Positions 54,075 through 64,000 of a DNA stretch of 64,000 nt are shown here, one piece after another (the stretch's first letter is position 1; every line of letters starts with the position of its first letter). The DNA is from an uncultured Negativicutes bacterium (GTDB taxonomy: Bacteria; Bacillota; Negativicutes; JBAXTZ01): contig CAVRJL010000015.1 in assembly GCA_963721525.1 (NCBI GenBank), positions 64,001 to 128,000 on the forward strand, read 5' to 3'. Made by a program: the position numbers and the translations under genes. Below the pieces are notes generated by a model. The model had not been told where the DNA came from. It searched no databases and worked only from the letters and a program-made list of their open reading frames with translations.

Positions 54075-54812
54075 TTAAATAAAAAATCCTCCATTTATAT
54101 TTAAAACATGTCCTGTTATAAAATCCGCTTCTTTAGATGCAAAATAAAAAACCGACTGAGCTACCTCTTCTGCCGTTCCATATCTAGAAAGAGGAGTATC
54201 ATTTATTAGGCGTTGTTTATTTTTGTTGTCAATATATTTATTCATATCAGTATCTATTATCCCAGGGGCTATGCAATTTACTTGTATGTTAAATAATCCC
54301 ACTTCTTTGGCGAGTGCTTTAGTAAAACCAATAACTGCAGCTTTAGCCGTAGAATAATGAACTTCGCATGAAGCTCCTGTCAATCCCCACATTGAAGATA
54401 TATTTATTATTTTCCCTTTTTTATGTGAAATCATTTTCGGCAAAATTAATTTACAACAATTAAACATGCCTTTTATATGGACGTTAATCATATTATCCCA
54501 TTCTATTTCACTTATATCTATAAATAATTTTTGCTGAGCGATACCTGCATTATTTACTAAAACATCTATATCTCCAAACCATTCAAAAGTGTTTTGTACC
54601 ATTTCTTTTACTTGTTGATTTTTTGTTATATCAGCTTTATGAAGCATCACATTACAACCAACTGCTTGAAGCTCTTTTTGTAATTTTTGAGCTTGAAGGT
54701 ACGAGTTTAAATAATTTATTATTACATTATAATTATTTTTAGCAAATAACTTAGCTATTTCCCTTCCTATTCCACGTGATGCCCCTGTTATTAAAATTGT
54801 TTGTTTTTTCAA
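54075..54812 (-). CDS. ymfI: SDR, EF-P 5-aminopentanone reductase YmfI-like
   Basis: TGASRGIG, NNAG, SSMWGLTGASCEVHYSTAK (GASCEV is typical of YmfI). Confidence 0.75.
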   Translation of the reverse strand: MKKQTILITGASRGIGREIAKLFAKNNYNVIINYLNSYLQAQKLQKELQAVGCNVMLHKADITKNQQVKEMVQNTFEWFGDIDVLVNNAGIAQQKLFIDISEIEWDNMINVHIKGMFNCCKLILPKMISHKKGKIINISSMWGLTGASCEVHYSTAKAAVIGFTKALAKEVGLFNIQVNCIAPGIIDTDMNKYIDNKNKQRLINDTPLSRYGTAEEVAQSVFYFASKEADFITGHVLNINGGFFI

Positions 54813-54978
54813 AAAAATCTCCTTTAAAATCTAATACAATTGATAGGATTTTATTTTAGTTATTTTTCGTTTATCGTGAACAATACAGATAATTTCTTTC
54901 TATATAATTTTTACTGAACCATATTGTTTACAATATTTTAAATACTTTATATCATTTTTACTGGCTATATTTCAAACT

Positions 54979-55356
54979 TTAAACTTTTAAATTTTTCTTA
55001 TTTAAATAATTTTCTATCGTTTCCCTTAAAGTTATTACGCCAAGATTTGAACAATGCATTTTATTATTTGGCAAACCGTCTAACGCGTCAATAACATCTT
55101 TCTCAGTTATTTTTAATGCTTGCACAATCGTTTTTCCTTTTGCCAACTGAGTTATCATACTACCTGTAGCAATAGATGCTGTACATCCGAAAACAAGATA
55201 TTTTACATCTTGTATTATACCGTTAGATACCTTTATAGTCATATTTAATAAATCACCGCAGCTTGCGTCTCCGTGGGTTGCTTCTCCGTCAGACTCATCA
55301 ATACTACCTGTGTTTTGCGGATTTACAAAATTTTCGATTACTTTATAAGAATACAA
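54979..55356 (-). CDS. iscU: Fe-S cluster scaffold IscU/NifU-N
   Basis: CGD, FGC..SIA, KMHCSNL; three conserved Cys. Confidence 0.9.
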   Translation of the reverse strand: MYSYKVIENFVNPQNTGSIDESDGEATHGDASCGDLLNMTIKVSNGIIQDVKYLVFGCTASIATGSMITQLAKGKTIVQALKITEKDVIDALDGLPNNKMHCSNLGVITLRETIENYLNKKNLKV

Positions 55357-55479
55357 AACTAACGCTCCCTCATATTAAAATCATTTTTAAATAATCAGCT
55401 ATTTTTTAATTTAAAGGCAATGGGGAAATGATATTATTTTACTTTTTATATTATCCTAGCAAATATTTCGCTAATTTTT

Positions 55480-55775
55480 CTTAAATGCTTTTTATTGTTA
55501 AATATTTACTTTTCTTTTATATTGCTTATAGGCCAATGTTTAAACATTTTTTTGTTCTGCTATAAACCGTACTAGCCTGTATCTGAACTTAGTATTATAC
55601 TTTGTTTAACGGCTTTCTATTTTGCTTTTTAGTAGTATTGAAAATTTGGTATAAAAGGTAAATTCATAATAAAAATAAGCATATATTTTACTTATTCAAA
55701 TATTACTAAACTATTTCAAAAGCATTTTATAAAAATAAACAATACATCCTATTAAACCAGTATATCCAATCAAGG
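55480..55775 (-). pseudogene. Possible NAD-dependent epimerase remnant
   Basis: LIGYTGLIG and AVKQSIILSSDTG*YG fragments resemble the GxxGxxG and SSxxxxYG motifs. Weak. Confidence 0.3.
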
Positions 55776-55814
55776 ATTTTTTATAATAATTCACTTACAT
55801 ATTAACTCACTATA

Positions 55815-58229
55815 TTAGGTATTTAATGTTGTTTTTACGTGTGAAATATCCAAATTTTTAAAGTTTTTTATATACTTTTTTAATTTCTGTACAGCTAAGT
55901 TATGAACAGTATCTTGAGGATAGTTATGATTTTTGTTAGGCGTACCCGCTTTTTTATCTGTAAGTAATTCTAGTCCTTCATCAATTGTTTTAGCGGCATA
56001 TATATGGAATTGTTTGTTTTTTATCGCTTCAATTACTTCATCTTTTAAGTTTAAATTTTTAATATTTGGATCAGGAATTAAAACTCCTTGTTTACCTGTT
56101 AATCCTTTTAGCTTACATACAATGAAATATCCTTCTATTTTTTCTGTTACTCCACCTACAGGTTGTAGTTCTCCCTTTTGATTTACAGAACCTGTTACAG
56201 CTATGTACTGTTTTATAGGTATTTCTGATAAACTAGATATTATAGCATAAAGTTCAGCGCTGGATGCACTATCTCCATCAACTCCGCTGTATTCTTGTTC
56301 AAAAGTTAAACTGCAAGATAAGCTAAGAGGTTCATTTTGAGCGTATTTTTCTCCCAAATAGCCTGCTAAAGTAAGAACTCCTTTACTGTGAATACTCCCG
56401 CTTATTTGTACTTCTCTCTCTATATTTATAATACCTGCTTTCCCCATAAAAGTGTTTGCAGTTATTTTTGACGGTTTACCAAATATATATGCTCCTGTGC
56501 TTATTACCGCTAGCCCATTGATTTGCCCTGTTTTTTTACCTTTAGTATCAAGCAAAAATATTTCTTTTTCAAACATTTCATGTATTTTTTCTTCAATTTT
56601 ATTTTCTCTTTTATCACGTTCATATATAGCTTTTTTTACATCGCATCCGTCAATGCCAGTTTTGTTTTTCTTTGTAGCCCACACATCTGCTTCACAGGCA
56701 AGCTCTACTATATTTTTAAACTCTGTGCTCAATTTATCTTGACTTCCGGCTAAACGGCTACAATATTCCATTAGAGCAAAAATACCAGTTGTATCAAAAG
56801 GTTTCAATTTCTCTTGTTCAATAACTGAATTAATAAACCAATGCAGCTTTTCAATATTTTCAGAATTATTCTTCATTTCTACGTCAAAATCGGCATGTAT
56901 TCTAAAAAGTTTACTAAAATCCTCGTCGTAACTGCTAAGAAGCATATGAATCATAGGATTACCTATTAAGATAACCTTAATAATCAAAGGTATAGGCTGT
57001 GGTCGAAGTGACGCCATGGCCAACAAACTGTACTGTTCTCCTAAATTTTCTATAAAAAGCTGTCCTGTTTTAAGCGCACGTTTTAATCCTTCCCAAGCTC
57101 CTATATTCATTAATAAATCTTTGGCATTAAGAATTAAATAACCCCCATTTGCTTTATGGAGAGCGCCTGGTTTTATCAAAGTAAAATCTGTAGTTAGAGC
57201 GCTCATTCTATTTTCGTATTCAACTCTACCAAAAAGATTATAATATGTAGGATTTATTTCAAACACTACGGGAGCTCCTTTTTGTTCTTTATTATTAATA
57301 AATATATTAACCTTATAACGCTCCATTCCATCATCTTTTTTTTTGCCTATAATATTTAAGGCATTTTCTTCTTCTTGAACGGAAGTTTTAAAATTATTTA
57401 AATTTTTTATCATATCAGCTTGAACTTTTTTTAAATAATGATAAACATCCTTAAAATTTCTATATTTTTCTAAAAATTCATTTAAAACCCTTTCAACCGT
57501 ATATAGAGCAATTTCTTCATCAAATTGTTTTAAATTTCCTCTCATTTCTCGATCAACTTTTTGTATTTTTCGAACTACCTCAAGAGCCATATTGTGGACT
57601 TCTATCATTCTTTTATCTATTTCTTCTTTATCTATGTTGCTTAATTTTTGATATTCTTCTGAACTGATAGGTTTATTATTTATAATAGGTACTCCGACGA
57701 AACCTGCCGATGTCCATTGAGGAGAGACTCCCATCTCTTCAGCTTTTTGATTAAATGTAGAAAAAACTTCTCCTCTTGTTTCTTGTACTTGTTTTATAAT
57801 CTGACTACGCGTTTTTTCATAATTTTCCGAGGAAAATGCTTTATTTACTTCTATTTTAATTTCTTCAACAATTTTTTCCATATCATTATAAAGCTCAATA
57901 CCCATACCTGTAGGTAAACATATCGCTATAGGGAAATCAGGAGAAACAAAGTTATTAACATACACCCAATCGTTAGGACTTTGTTCATTATCGGCCAACC
58001 TTGATACTGCTTTTTTGGTATATGTTGTCTTACCTGTTCCAGCTATGCCAGAAATAAAAACGTTATATCCACATTTTTTCATTATTAAACCGAACTCGAT
58101 GGATTTTACTGCTCTATCTTGTCCTATTATTTCTTCTATAGGTTCAATTTTATAATTTTCTCTAGGTAATTGTGTTTTATCACAAAAATATTTTAATTCT
58201 TTCGCTTCTAACTCACGCCATGAACCCAT
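55815..58229 (-). CDS. Lon-like (LonC-type) AAA protease
   Basis: IIGQDRA, GIAGTGKT, PGALHKANGG, GQINGL, GVDGDSAS (Ser) and VGGVTEK (Lys) catalytic dyad. Confidence 0.9.
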   Translation of the reverse strand: MGSWRELEAKELKYFCDKTQLPRENYKIEPIEEIIGQDRAVKSIEFGLIMKKCGYNVFISGIAGTGKTTYTKKAVSRLADNEQSPNDWVYVNNFVSPDFPIAICLPTGMGIELYNDMEKIVEEIKIEVNKAFSSENYEKTRSQIIKQVQETRGEVFSTFNQKAEEMGVSPQWTSAGFVGVPIINNKPISSEEYQKLSNIDKEEIDKRMIEVHNMALEVVRKIQKVDREMRGNLKQFDEEIALYTVERVLNEFLEKYRNFKDVYHYLKKVQADMIKNLNNFKTSVQEEENALNIIGKKKDDGMERYKVNIFINNKEQKGAPVVFEINPTYYNLFGRVEYENRMSALTTDFTLIKPGALHKANGGYLILNAKDLLMNIGAWEGLKRALKTGQLFIENLGEQYSLLAMASLRPQPIPLIIKVILIGNPMIHMLLSSYDEDFSKLFRIHADFDVEMKNNSENIEKLHWFINSVIEQEKLKPFDTTGIFALMEYCSRLAGSQDKLSTEFKNIVELACEADVWATKKNKTGIDGCDVKKAIYERDKRENKIEEKIHEMFEKEIFLLDTKGKKTGQINGLAVISTGAYIFGKPSKITANTFMGKAGIINIEREVQISGSIHSKGVLTLAGYLGEKYAQNEPLSLSCSLTFEQEYSGVDGDSASSAELYAIISSLSEIPIKQYIAVTGSVNQKGELQPVGGVTEKIEGYFIVCKLKGLTGKQGVLIPDPNIKNLNLKDEVIEAIKNKQFHIYAAKTIDEGLELLTDKKAGTPNKNHNYPQDTVHNLAVQKLKKYIKNFKNLDISHVKTTLNT

Positions 58230-58243
58230 TTAATCCTCCTTAC

Positions 58244-59677
58244 TTATAACCGTTCTTTAAGTAATTTATTAACCATCTCAGGATTAGCTCTCCCATTTGT
58301 TTGTTTCATTATCTGTCCTATTAAAAATCCTATAGCTTTTTCTTTCCCCATTTTGTAATCATCTACAGATTTAGAATTATTTTTTATAACTTCTTCTACT
58401 ATTTTTAGCATAGTTTTTTCGTCACTTATTTGCTCTAATTTTTTTTCATTTATTATTTCTTGTGCCGATTTTTGACTATTCCACATTTCTTTAATAACTA
58501 TTTTCCCTATATTTAGAGAGATTTTTCCTTTTTCTATTAAAAATATCAATTCGCCTAATTTCTCAGCGCTTATCCTAGATTCACTTATTTTAATATTTGT
58601 CGTATTACATAATCTTAATAATTCTCCTATTAGCCAATTTACTGCGCTTTTAGGATTACATCCTAGTTTTCGTAATCGATCATAATATTTCGCAAACGCT
58701 AAATCACCTATTATAATGGAAGCGTCATATTCAGATAAACCGTCATCGTTTACCAGCCTTTTCAGTCTGCTTTCAGCTAATTCAGGTATTTGTCCCTTTA
58801 TATTCTCAATAAAATCTTTTTCTAACTTTAAAGGAGGCAAGTCAGGCTCAGATAAATAACGATAATCACTAACATTTTCTTTCATTCTAAGCAATAAAGT
58901 AACTCCTTTGCTCTCATCGAAGGAACGTGTTTCCTGAAATATTTTTCCCTTTTCTTGTAGTATTTTTATTTGTCTTTCTACTTCGTATTCAATCCCATCT
59001 TGAATGGATTTGAAGGAATTAAGATTTTTCAATTCTATTTTCGTACCAAATTTTTCTTGCCCTATTAATTTTACAGATACATTAGCATCACAGCGAAAAC
59101 TCCCCTCTTCCATTTTACAATCCGATATATTTATATATTGTAATATATTTTTCAATTTTTCTAAATAGGCTTTTGCTTCTTGTGCACTACGTATATCAGG
59201 TTCTGATACTATCTCAATCAATGGTATACCCCCACGATTATAATCTATATAAGTTTCATCCGAAATAATTATATTTCCTTTATGTACCAATTTACCGGCA
59301 TCTTCTTCCATATGAATACGAGTTATGCCTATTTTTTTTATTTTGTTATCAACTTTTATATTAATCCAGCCACTACACGCTATAGGCAGATCATATTGAG
59401 ATATTTGAAAATTTTTCGGAATATCAGGATAATAATAATGCTTACGATCAAATTTAGAATATGTTGCAATATTACAATTAAGAGCCAAGCCTGCTTTCAC
59501 TGCTAATAGCAACACTTTTTTATTCAAAACAGGTAATATACCAGGCATTCCGATACATATAGGGCATATATTTGTATTAGGGAGGGAGCCAAATTTTGTA
59601 CTGCAACCACAAAACATTTTACTATCTGTTTTCAGTTCGACATGCGTTTCTAACCCTATTATAGCCTCATACTTCAT
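58244..59677 (-). CDS. gatB: Asp/Glu-tRNA amidotransferase subunit B
   Basis: IGLETH, FDRKHYYYPD, HMEEDAGK, RCDANVS. Confidence 0.98.
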   Translation of the reverse strand: MKYEAIIGLETHVELKTDSKMFCGCSTKFGSLPNTNICPICIGMPGILPVLNKKVLLLAVKAGLALNCNIATYSKFDRKHYYYPDIPKNFQISQYDLPIACSGWINIKVDNKIKKIGITRIHMEEDAGKLVHKGNIIISDETYIDYNRGGIPLIEIVSEPDIRSAQEAKAYLEKLKNILQYINISDCKMEEGSFRCDANVSVKLIGQEKFGTKIELKNLNSFKSIQDGIEYEVERQIKILQEKGKIFQETRSFDESKGVTLLLRMKENVSDYRYLSEPDLPPLKLEKDFIENIKGQIPELAESRLKRLVNDDGLSEYDASIIIGDLAFAKYYDRLRKLGCNPKSAVNWLIGELLRLCNTTNIKISESRISAEKLGELIFLIEKGKISLNIGKIVIKEMWNSQKSAQEIINEKKLEQISDEKTMLKIVEEVIKNNSKSVDDYKMGKEKAIGFLIGQIMKQTNGRANPEMVNKLLKERL

Positions 59678-59678
59678 A

Positions 59679-61109
59679 CTATATACCTCCGTTTAAAGCA
59701 ATGCGATTAGCTAAGCCTGTTTCTCTCTCAAAAGAAAATCCTATTCTTAACAATTTTGCTTCATCAAGCGCTTTTCCGATAAGTTGCATTCCTAAAGGTA
59801 ATCCATTTATATAAGCGCATGGCAAAGATAAAGCAGGAATTCCTGCTAAATTCACAGTGACAGTACAAACATCTGTCAAATACATTGCGAGAGCATCTTT
59901 TATCTTTTCGCCTATTTTAAATGGAACAAAAGGAGCTACAGGTGTAAGCAAAACATCGACTTTCTGAAAAATTTCATCAAAATCCCGCTTTATTAAATGA
60001 CGAATTTTTAGAGCTTTTAAATAATAGGCATCATAGTAACCTGATGACAATACGTATGTTCCAAACATTATGCGCTTCTTAACTTCCTCACAAAAACCTT
60101 TATTCCTAGTATTTTTCATCATTTCTGTTACATTGTTACCATTTACCCTTTTGCCATACTTCACACCATCAAAGCGGGCTAAATTTGAACTTGCCTCAGC
60201 TGTACTTATAATATAATATATTGCCAACGCATATTTGATATTTGGCATATTAATATCAATAATTTCAGCGCCAAGTTTTTTATAAATATTTATTGCGTCT
60301 TCAAAAGCTTTTCCCACCTCACAGGGTATACCATTGTCGAAATATTCTTTTGGGATCCCTATTTTAAATCCTTTAATTCCTTTATCAATTTTCGCTGTAT
60401 AATCTTCTTTAGGCCTATTAATACTTGTTGAATCTTTATCATCATAAAAACTTACTTCATTCATTAATAAAGCCGCATCATAGACATCGCGCGTTAATGT
60501 TCCTACTACATCTAAAGAAGAAGCGTAAGATACTAATCCATAGCGCGATACACGTCCATATGTAGGTTTTAATCCGACTACCCCACAAAAAGCAGCAGGA
60601 AGGCGCACTGAACCTCCAGTGTCAGACCCTAATGCCCAAATTGCTCCTCCATAAGCCACGGCTGCTGCGCTTCCTCCACTGGAACCACCTGGAACACGGC
60701 TTAAATCCCACGGGTTTTTAGTAATAAAAAAAGCGGAATTTTCGGTGGATGATCCCATAGCGAATTCATCCTGGTTTGTTTTTCCTATAATAGGTGCGCC
60801 TGTATTTTTAAGTTTTGCTACAACTGCGGCATCATATGGAGGAATGAAGTTACTTAAAATTTCAGAAGCGCATGTTGTTTTTATTCCTTTAACACAAAAA
60901 TTATCTTTTATTGCTCCAGGAATACCATATAGTGCAGAATTATTGTTTTGCACAACATTTTGTTCCTCCATGAAAGTTATATATGCTTTAACTTTTGGAT
61001 CTATTTCGTTTACTCTTTTTTTTACGCTTTGCCAAATTTCTTTAACCGCAATATTTTTAGCATACAATTCTTTTTTTAATTGTGCAATAGTCATTTTAAA
61101 AAGTTCCAA
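59679..61109 (-). CDS. gatA: Asp/Glu-tRNA amidotransferase subunit A
   Basis: IKDN, DEFAMGSS, PGGSSGGS, GSDTGGSVR, SSNLARFDG. Confidence 0.98.
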   Translation of the reverse strand: MELFKMTIAQLKKELYAKNIAVKEIWQSVKKRVNEIDPKVKAYITFMEEQNVVQNNNSALYGIPGAIKDNFCVKGIKTTCASEILSNFIPPYDAAVVAKLKNTGAPIIGKTNQDEFAMGSSTENSAFFITKNPWDLSRVPGGSSGGSAAAVAYGGAIWALGSDTGGSVRLPAAFCGVVGLKPTYGRVSRYGLVSYASSLDVVGTLTRDVYDAALLMNEVSFYDDKDSTSINRPKEDYTAKIDKGIKGFKIGIPKEYFDNGIPCEVGKAFEDAINIYKKLGAEIIDINMPNIKYALAIYYIISTAEASSNLARFDGVKYGKRVNGNNVTEMMKNTRNKGFCEEVKKRIMFGTYVLSSGYYDAYYLKALKIRHLIKRDFDEIFQKVDVLLTPVAPFVPFKIGEKIKDALAMYLTDVCTVTVNLAGIPALSLPCAYINGLPLGMQLIGKALDEAKLLRIGFSFERETGLANRIALNGGI

Positions 61110-61152
61110 TTTTTTCTCCTTTATCCTTCTATTTTTTCTCCTTTATCCTTCT
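61109..61152. repeat. Perfect 22-bp tandem duplication spanning the gatC stop and gatA RBS
   Basis: attttttctcctttatccttct at 61109 and 61131. Confidence 0.93.
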
Positions 61153-61430
61153 ATAACTTTTGGCGCAATAAAATATTTTTCATTAGATTGCGGAGCATTA
61201 TTAAGTGTTTGTTTACGTTCGAGCGACTCTTTAACTTTGTCTTCACGCAACACGTTAAAATTTGGCAACGGATAAATAAGAGGATTAATATCTTCAGTAT
61301 TAATATTTTTTATTATTTCAATATAGTCTAAAATAATATTAAAATGAATTTGCATTTTTTTTATAGTTTCTTCATTTAAACTTAATCGACTTAAAAGTGC
61401 TATTTGTTCTATTTCTTCACGCGTTATCAT
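61143..61430 (-). CDS. gatC: Asp/Glu-tRNA amidotransferase subunit C
   Basis: IA.LSRL, LRED, NAP...YFIAPKV; upstream of gatA. Confidence 0.95.
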   Translation of the reverse strand: MITREEIEQIALLSRLSLNEETIKKMQIHFNIILDYIEIIKNINTEDINPLIYPLPNFNVLREDKVKESLERKQTLNNAPQSNEKYFIAPKVIEG

Positions 61431-61933
61431 TTTTCCTCCAGATATTTAGAAAATGGTATAATAATAGCATAATAAAGGATTTATTATAATATAATATAAA
61501 CAACTTTTAACAAGTTTATTTGTAGTTAAGTTTATATCCGTTTAATATATACTATATGCGGTTGAGTATAATCCTGTTCATCCTTAATCTGGCTTATTTT
61601 TACTTTAGGTCGCACAATTAATTCTTAAACCTAATATTCAATAAAATTATCTATTTAAATGTCTTTTTTGCTAACCATTTAATTTCTAAGTTTTTGTATC
61701 TACTGACTCTATTAACTTTTTTTCAATAGTCAAAATTAGTTTTGATAAAAATAGGTATTTCTAGTAACATTTTATGTATATTTGATGGCAAGTATTTATA
61801 TTAATAACTCTTTTAGCCTATAATAATATTCTTTATTTTTACGACTTTGAAAAGATTAAATTTTATTAATTCAATCAATATATTTTATCTTATTATGACA
61901 GCAATGAATTAAGTAAAACTTGTAAAGAATATA

Positions 61934-63937
61934 CTATTTGGGAATATTAATTATTATTTTTAAAAATTCCTGCTCATTAATTGTCTTTATTCCTAGTGTA
62001 ATAGCCTTTTTCAATTTACTGCCCGGATCATTCCCAACCAATACATAATCTATTTTATTACTGACAGCCGCGGATATTTTCCCGCCGTTTATTTCTATTA
62101 ACCGTTTTGCTTCAATCCGTTTTAATGAAGGTAAAGATCCTGTTAATATAAACGTTTTACCTTTTAGAATGCTGTCTTGTTTTGAAATATTAGCAGATAT
62201 TTTTACTCCTGCTTCTTTCAAACGTTTTATAAAATAAAGATTTTGAGCTGAAGAAAAATAATTTTTAATTGCAGACGCTGTTTTTTTACCAAATTCGCTT
62301 ACTTTCAGTATATCTTCATAGCTTGCATTTATAATATTATTTATGGAACCAAACTCTATAGCTAAAGTTTGAGCTGTTTTTTTACCTACTTGTCTTATTC
62401 CTAAACCGTATAGAACATTTTCTAGAAAAGCTTTTTTACTTCTATTTATATTTTTTATAAGATTAGATGCAGATTTTACGCCAAATCGTTTTAAAGTCAT
62501 TAACTGTTCTTTTTTTAAAGTATATAAATCGGCAGCGTTGGTAATTAGTTTTTCTCGCAATAATAGTTCAATATTAGAAGGCCCTAATCCTTCAATATTC
62601 ATTGCATTTAGAGAAGCAAAATGAATAATCTGTTCCTTTACTTGTGCAGGACATTTTTCATTTACACAACGTATAGATACTTCATTTTGTATTGTAATCA
62701 GCTTCCCTTTACATATAGGACAAAATTTAGGAAATTGAAATTTTATTTCATTTCCACTCCGCTTTTCAACAGATACTTTTACAAGCTTGGGTATAATTTC
62801 GCCTGCCTTATGAATTAGAATAAAATCATTTATTCTAACATCATTTTTTTTAATATAAGCACGATTATGAAGAGAAACCTTGCTGACTAAACTTCCTGCT
62901 ATCCATACCGGTTTTAATTTAGCCACAGGCGTTATAATTCCCGTTCTTCCCACAAAAATAGTTATATTAAGTATTTGTGTTTGAACTTGTTCAGGAGAAA
63001 ATTTATAAGCTAGTGCCCACCGTGGTTCTTTTGCTGTACTACCAAGTATTTTCTGCCATCCAAATCTATTTATTTTAACAACTATCCCATCAGTTTCATA
63101 AGGTAAAATATGTCGTTTATCTTTCCATATATTAATAAAATTAATAATTTGCTCAATATTTGTACAATAGCTAAAATTAGGATTAACATTAAATCCAAAG
63201 TGTCGTAAAACTGCAAGTAGCTTATATTGGGTATTTGCTCTTTTTTCGTCAATATTACTAACAGAATAAAAAAATGCATCTAATTCTCTATTAGCTGTAA
63301 TTGTGCTATCTAATTGCCGAAGTGAACCTGCAGCCGCATTTCTAGGATTAGCAAATAGTTGTTCTCCATTTTCGGCGCGCTCTTTATTTAATTTTACAAA
63401 AGCATTTTTCGACATAAAAACTTCCCCGCGTACTTCTATACGTGCTGGAAAATTAACTTTATTTATTTTTTTTGGTATAGTCTGTATGGTCTTAACATTT
63501 TTAGTTACATCTTCGCCATATTCTCCAGTACCACGTGTAGCTGCTCTTCTTAATACACCATTTTCATATAGTAAATTTATTGATATTCCATCTATTTTTA
63601 ATTCTGTTACATATTCAATATTTTCTTCTTCTAATAATTTACGGATCCTAACATCGAAATTTCTTAAATCTTCTTCTGAAAAGACGTTCGCTAAACTTAA
63701 CATAGGTGTTTCATGCTTAATGTGAACAAATTCTGACAAAACATCTCCACCCACTTTGCTTATCGGAGAATCTATAATTTTAAATTGAGGATATTTTTCT
63801 TCTAATTTCTTCAATTCTCTCATTAAAGAGTCAAAATAAGTATCATCTATTTCTGGGTTATTTTCTACATAGTATTTATATTCATGCCTTTTAATAACTT
63901 CTCTTAACTTTTTAATTCTTTCTTCAGGAAACATCAT
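61934..63937 (-). CDS. ligA: NAD-dependent DNA ligase
   Basis: PMLSL, ELKIDG, EVRGE, NPRNAAAGSLRQ, C4 zinc finger, HhH, BRCT. Confidence 0.98.
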   Translation of the reverse strand: MMFPEERIKKLREVIKRHEYKYYVENNPEIDDTYFDSLMRELKKLEEKYPQFKIIDSPISKVGGDVLSEFVHIKHETPMLSLANVFSEEDLRNFDVRIRKLLEEENIEYVTELKIDGISINLLYENGVLRRAATRGTGEYGEDVTKNVKTIQTIPKKINKVNFPARIEVRGEVFMSKNAFVKLNKERAENGEQLFANPRNAAAGSLRQLDSTITANRELDAFFYSVSNIDEKRANTQYKLLAVLRHFGFNVNPNFSYCTNIEQIINFINIWKDKRHILPYETDGIVVKINRFGWQKILGSTAKEPRWALAYKFSPEQVQTQILNITIFVGRTGIITPVAKLKPVWIAGSLVSKVSLHNRAYIKKNDVRINDFILIHKAGEIIPKLVKVSVEKRSGNEIKFQFPKFCPICKGKLITIQNEVSIRCVNEKCPAQVKEQIIHFASLNAMNIEGLGPSNIELLLREKLITNAADLYTLKKEQLMTLKRFGVKSASNLIKNINRSKKAFLENVLYGLGIRQVGKKTAQTLAIEFGSINNIINASYEDILKVSEFGKKTASAIKNYFSSAQNLYFIKRLKEAGVKISANISKQDSILKGKTFILTGSLPSLKRIEAKRLIEINGGKISAAVSNKIDYVLVGNDPGSKLKKAITLGIKTINEQEFLKIIINIPK

Positions 63938-64000
63938 ATATCCACTCCAAAAATATTACAAAAAACTAGCCTAATTATTTACTATTACGTTTTTTTCTCT

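Noticed and set aside
55815-58229. Large AAA plus protease protein as a novel system
   Set aside because: It fits the known LonC-type Lon protease architecture.
61431-61933. Gene or ncRNA between ligA and gatC
   Set aside because: AT-rich with frequent stops; no identifiable motif or stable structure.
1164-63725. Many short plus-strand ORFs in the track (e.g. 2380-2742, 8714-9214, 44681-45229, 60745-61275) and nested minus-strand ones
   Set aside because: They are antisense or alternate-frame shadows of well-identified genes, with no recognisable motifs.
1-64000. CRISPR array, IS element, prophage or defence island
   Set aside because: No spaced repeat series, transposase or phage genes were seen; repeats are two-copy tandem duplications, and the only recombinase trace is syntenic xerC.

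Overview
Very AT-rich (by eye under about 30% GC, not computed) chromosomal segment of an anaerobic Firmicute, plausibly Negativicutes-like by gene order and content (inference). Almost every gene is on the minus strand. Housekeeping genes include ispH, plsC, cmk, rluB, rpe, prkC, rsmB, fmt, def, cysS, gltX, pheST, htpX, miaA, pepA, radA, fprA, a class B PBP, cbpA, hslUV, topA, rsmA, ymfI, iscU, a Lon-like protease, gatCAB and ligA, plus tRNA-Pro, tRNA-Gly and one mazEF module. The genome appears to be eroding: spacers hold decayed remnants of the expected neighbours (dacB, xerC, trmFO, dprA, yabE, probably rsmE and rnmV), and clpB, rnj, miaB, prpC, mrnC and a ugtP-like gene are interrupted. 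The most striking signal is a 1460-aa in-frame MutS-MutL fusion whose junction is an A9 run; one extra A would give ordinary separate overlapping mutS and mutL genes. Four other genes (prpC, mrnC, clpB, ugtP-like) are broken the same way, by a sense-strand A7-A8 run one base short. This could be slippage or frameshift biology, mismatch-repair-related decay, or homopolymer sequencing error; only reads or proteomics can decide.
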